Below are positions 6,805-10,282 of a stretch of 10,282 nt of DNA, piece by piece. Both the position numbers and the translations under genes were made by a program. Origin of the DNA: Verrucomicrobiota bacterium (GTDB lineage: Bacteria > Verrucomicrobiota > Verrucomicrobiia > Limisphaerales > CANJSG01); the NCBI GenBank assembly GCA_038209745.1, contig JBBQXJ010000115.1, positions 1 through 10,282 on the forward strand, given 5' to 3'. The notes beneath the pieces were generated by a model. It was not told where the DNA came from, ran no database searches, and worked only from the letters and a program-made list of their open reading frames with translations. The number at the start of each line of letters is the position of its first letter. Positions within the stretch are counted from its first letter, which is position 1.

Positions 6805-7443
6805 ATGAGCTGGGCTGGATTGGACGCTGCATCGGTGCGGACGAGAAATTGCGGGACGGCGCCAAACGCACGAAATTGGCCGGCGTCGGTAATGGGCGGT
6901 GCGATCGGCTTCGGGATCGCGAGCCTGGTGGTTTTCGGGAGCGTCGCGCTGGCGGAACGGTCGCTCTATCGGTCGCTCGGTCTGGCGGGGGCCTACGTTG
7001 TTTGGACCGGCCTGTTCATGGGCTTGGGCGGCGTGCTGCTGGGTCGACTGGTCGCCGGGAAGGGGAGCTTGTGGCGGTTCACCGGAGTGTTCGCGTTGGC
7101 TTTTGCGCTTTACGGGGCGGGTTGGTGTCTTGGGTGGTTCGGAGTGAAGGGGTTTTGGGGCGAGGTCTTGGGCACGGTGCTGGGAGCCGGGTTGTTGCAT
7201 GTGGTGGTGGTGTCTGCGTTTGGGCAATCCGGTCTCTTCTTGCGGATCTTGGCTCCGACTTTGGTCGCGAACTTCGCCGGCTATTTCGTCGGTGAATGGG
7301 TTTGGCGCGCGCTGGAACATTCGCCGTTGGGGATGACGCTTTGGGGCGTGGTCTACGGCCTTTGTGTCGGGGCGGGAATCGGATGGCTGTTGTATCGGCT
7401 GCAACGCTCCGGGACCGGGCAAAAGGGGCTGCGGCCCGATTAG
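6805..7443 (+). CDS. Uncharacterised Gly-rich multi-pass membrane protein (about 6 TM); start uncertain (6751 TTG, 6805 ATG or 6892 ATG)
   Basis: Successive hydrophobic segments separated by short basic loops. It fills the gap between divergent cysK and sdhC. ATG 6805 is preferred because TTGCCT-17 nt-TATCCC ends 6 nt before it. Confidence 0.75.
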   Translation: MSWAGLDAASVRTRNCGTAPNARNWPASVMGGAIGFGIASLVVFGSVALAERSLYRSLGLAGAYVVWTGLFMGLGGVLLGRLVAGKGSLWRFTGVFALAFALYGAGWCLGWFGVKGFWGEVLGTVLGAGLLHVVVVSAFGQSGLFLRILAPTLVANFAGYFVGEWVWRALEHSPLGMTLWGVVYGLCVGAGIGWLLYRLQRSGTGQKGLRPD

Positions 7444-7592
7444 CCTCCATAACGCGCGGACAACCGCCCCTTATACCTGCCACGCCGACGTTGACGCTCC
7501 GGGTGGCAGGTCATTGTATCTTCTTTAGGCGCAACCCTTGATTCCCAAGAATCGGGGACGCGTCCGGCGACAATCCGCGCCGCCCGAAACCT

Positions 7593-8393
7593 ATGACTTT
7601 GGTTCAACTGATCTTCCGCTCCACGCTCGGGAAAAAATACCTGATGGCGCTGACCGGCCTTGCGCTGTTCGGTTTCGTCATCGTCCATCTTCTCGGAAAC
7701 CTTCAGGTCTTCGGGCATCCCGACCTGATCAACGGCTACGCACACTTCCTGAAGAGCAAGCCCGGTCTGGTCTGGGGCGCCCGGCTTGGCTTGTTGGCCA
7801 TCGTGGGGGTGCACATCTCCTGCGCCCTGTCCTTGGCCGCGACGGCCAAGGCGGCCCGGCCGGTGCCCTACACTGGGGGCACCGCCTATGGCTCGACTTG
7901 GGCTTCCCGCTACATGCTGGTGAGCGGTCTGGTGGTGCTCGCCTTCATCGTCTACCATCTCGCCCACTTCACCGCGCTGCTCCCCGGAATCAATGGCTTC
8001 GGCGACTTCCACAAGTTGACGACGACTTTGCCCGGACATGCCGAAGCGGTGCCCGACGTCTACGCGATGATGGTGCTCGCCTTCCGGGTGTGGTGGGTGG
8101 CGCTCTTCTACCTGGTCGCCCAGGTGATGCTCTTCCTGCATCTCAGCCACGGTCTGTCGGCGATGTTCCAGTCGCTCGGCCTGCGGAACCACGTCTGGTG
8201 GCCTCGGGTGCAGATCTTCGCCAAGGTCTTCAGCACGGCGATCCTCCTCGGCTACATTTCCATCCCCTTGGCGATCACCTTCGGGATGGGCCGCGAATAT
8301 GCCGAACATGCCAAGGCCAAGCTGAACCTGCCGCTGGGCATGACCGACAAAGAATCTCCACTGGTGGCCGTCCGCCAGGGCGAGGGCAAATAA
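7593..8393 (+). CDS. sdhC: Succinate dehydrogenase/fumarate reductase cytochrome b subunit (b558 family, 5 TM, di-heme type)
   Basis: [13 protein letters not shown], His-containing helices VHLLGNL, VGVHI, YHLAHF and LHLSHG...FQSLG, and ASRYM..SG. Ends 1 nt before the flavoprotein ATG. Confidence 0.95.
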   Translation: MTLVQLIFRSTLGKKYLMALTGLALFGFVIVHLLGNLQVFGHPDLINGYAHFLKSKPGLVWGARLGLLAIVGVHISCALSLAATAKAARPVPYTGGTAYGSTWASRYMLVSGLVVLAFIVYHLAHFTALLPGINGFGDFHKLTTTLPGHAEAVPDVYAMMVLAFRVWWVALFYLVAQVMLFLHLSHGLSAMFQSLGLRNHVWWPRVQIFAKVFSTAILLGYISIPLAITFGMGREYAEHAKAKLNLPLGMTDKESPLVAVRQGEGK

Positions 8394-8394
8394 C

Positions 8395-10282
<1,888 letters not shown>

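Noticed and set aside
6630..6806. 59-aa N-terminal extension of CysK in the ORF track
   Set aside because: CysK similarity starts at MGKIY (6629); the extension covers the divergent promoter region.

Overview
A GC-rich (about 65%) bacterial window; the gene set and repeat style suggest Verrucomicrobiota/PVC (inference). Minus strand, right to left: cysK, an L-lactate permease, a GmhA-like SIS-domain phosphoheptose isomerase, a GmhB-like HAD phosphatase, a 5'-truncated remnant of a prepilin-associated H-X9-DG-type gene, a family-9 glycosyltransferase, and the 5' end of a lower-GC secreted LamG-like protein running off the left edge. Plus strand: a multi-TM membrane protein, sdhC (cytochrome b558 type) and sdhA, which runs off the right edge. 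The LamG gene and sdhA are absent from the ORF track. The most unusual signal is that the heptose/LPS locus (about 1280-3185) carries several different palindromic repeats that have entered coding sequence. One is translated in frame inside the GT9 linker. A GTAG-type REP doublet contains both candidate ATG starts of gmhB. A nested repeat mosaic sits where the 5' half of the pilin-like gene should be. No CRISPR array, tRNA, rRNA or transposase was seen.
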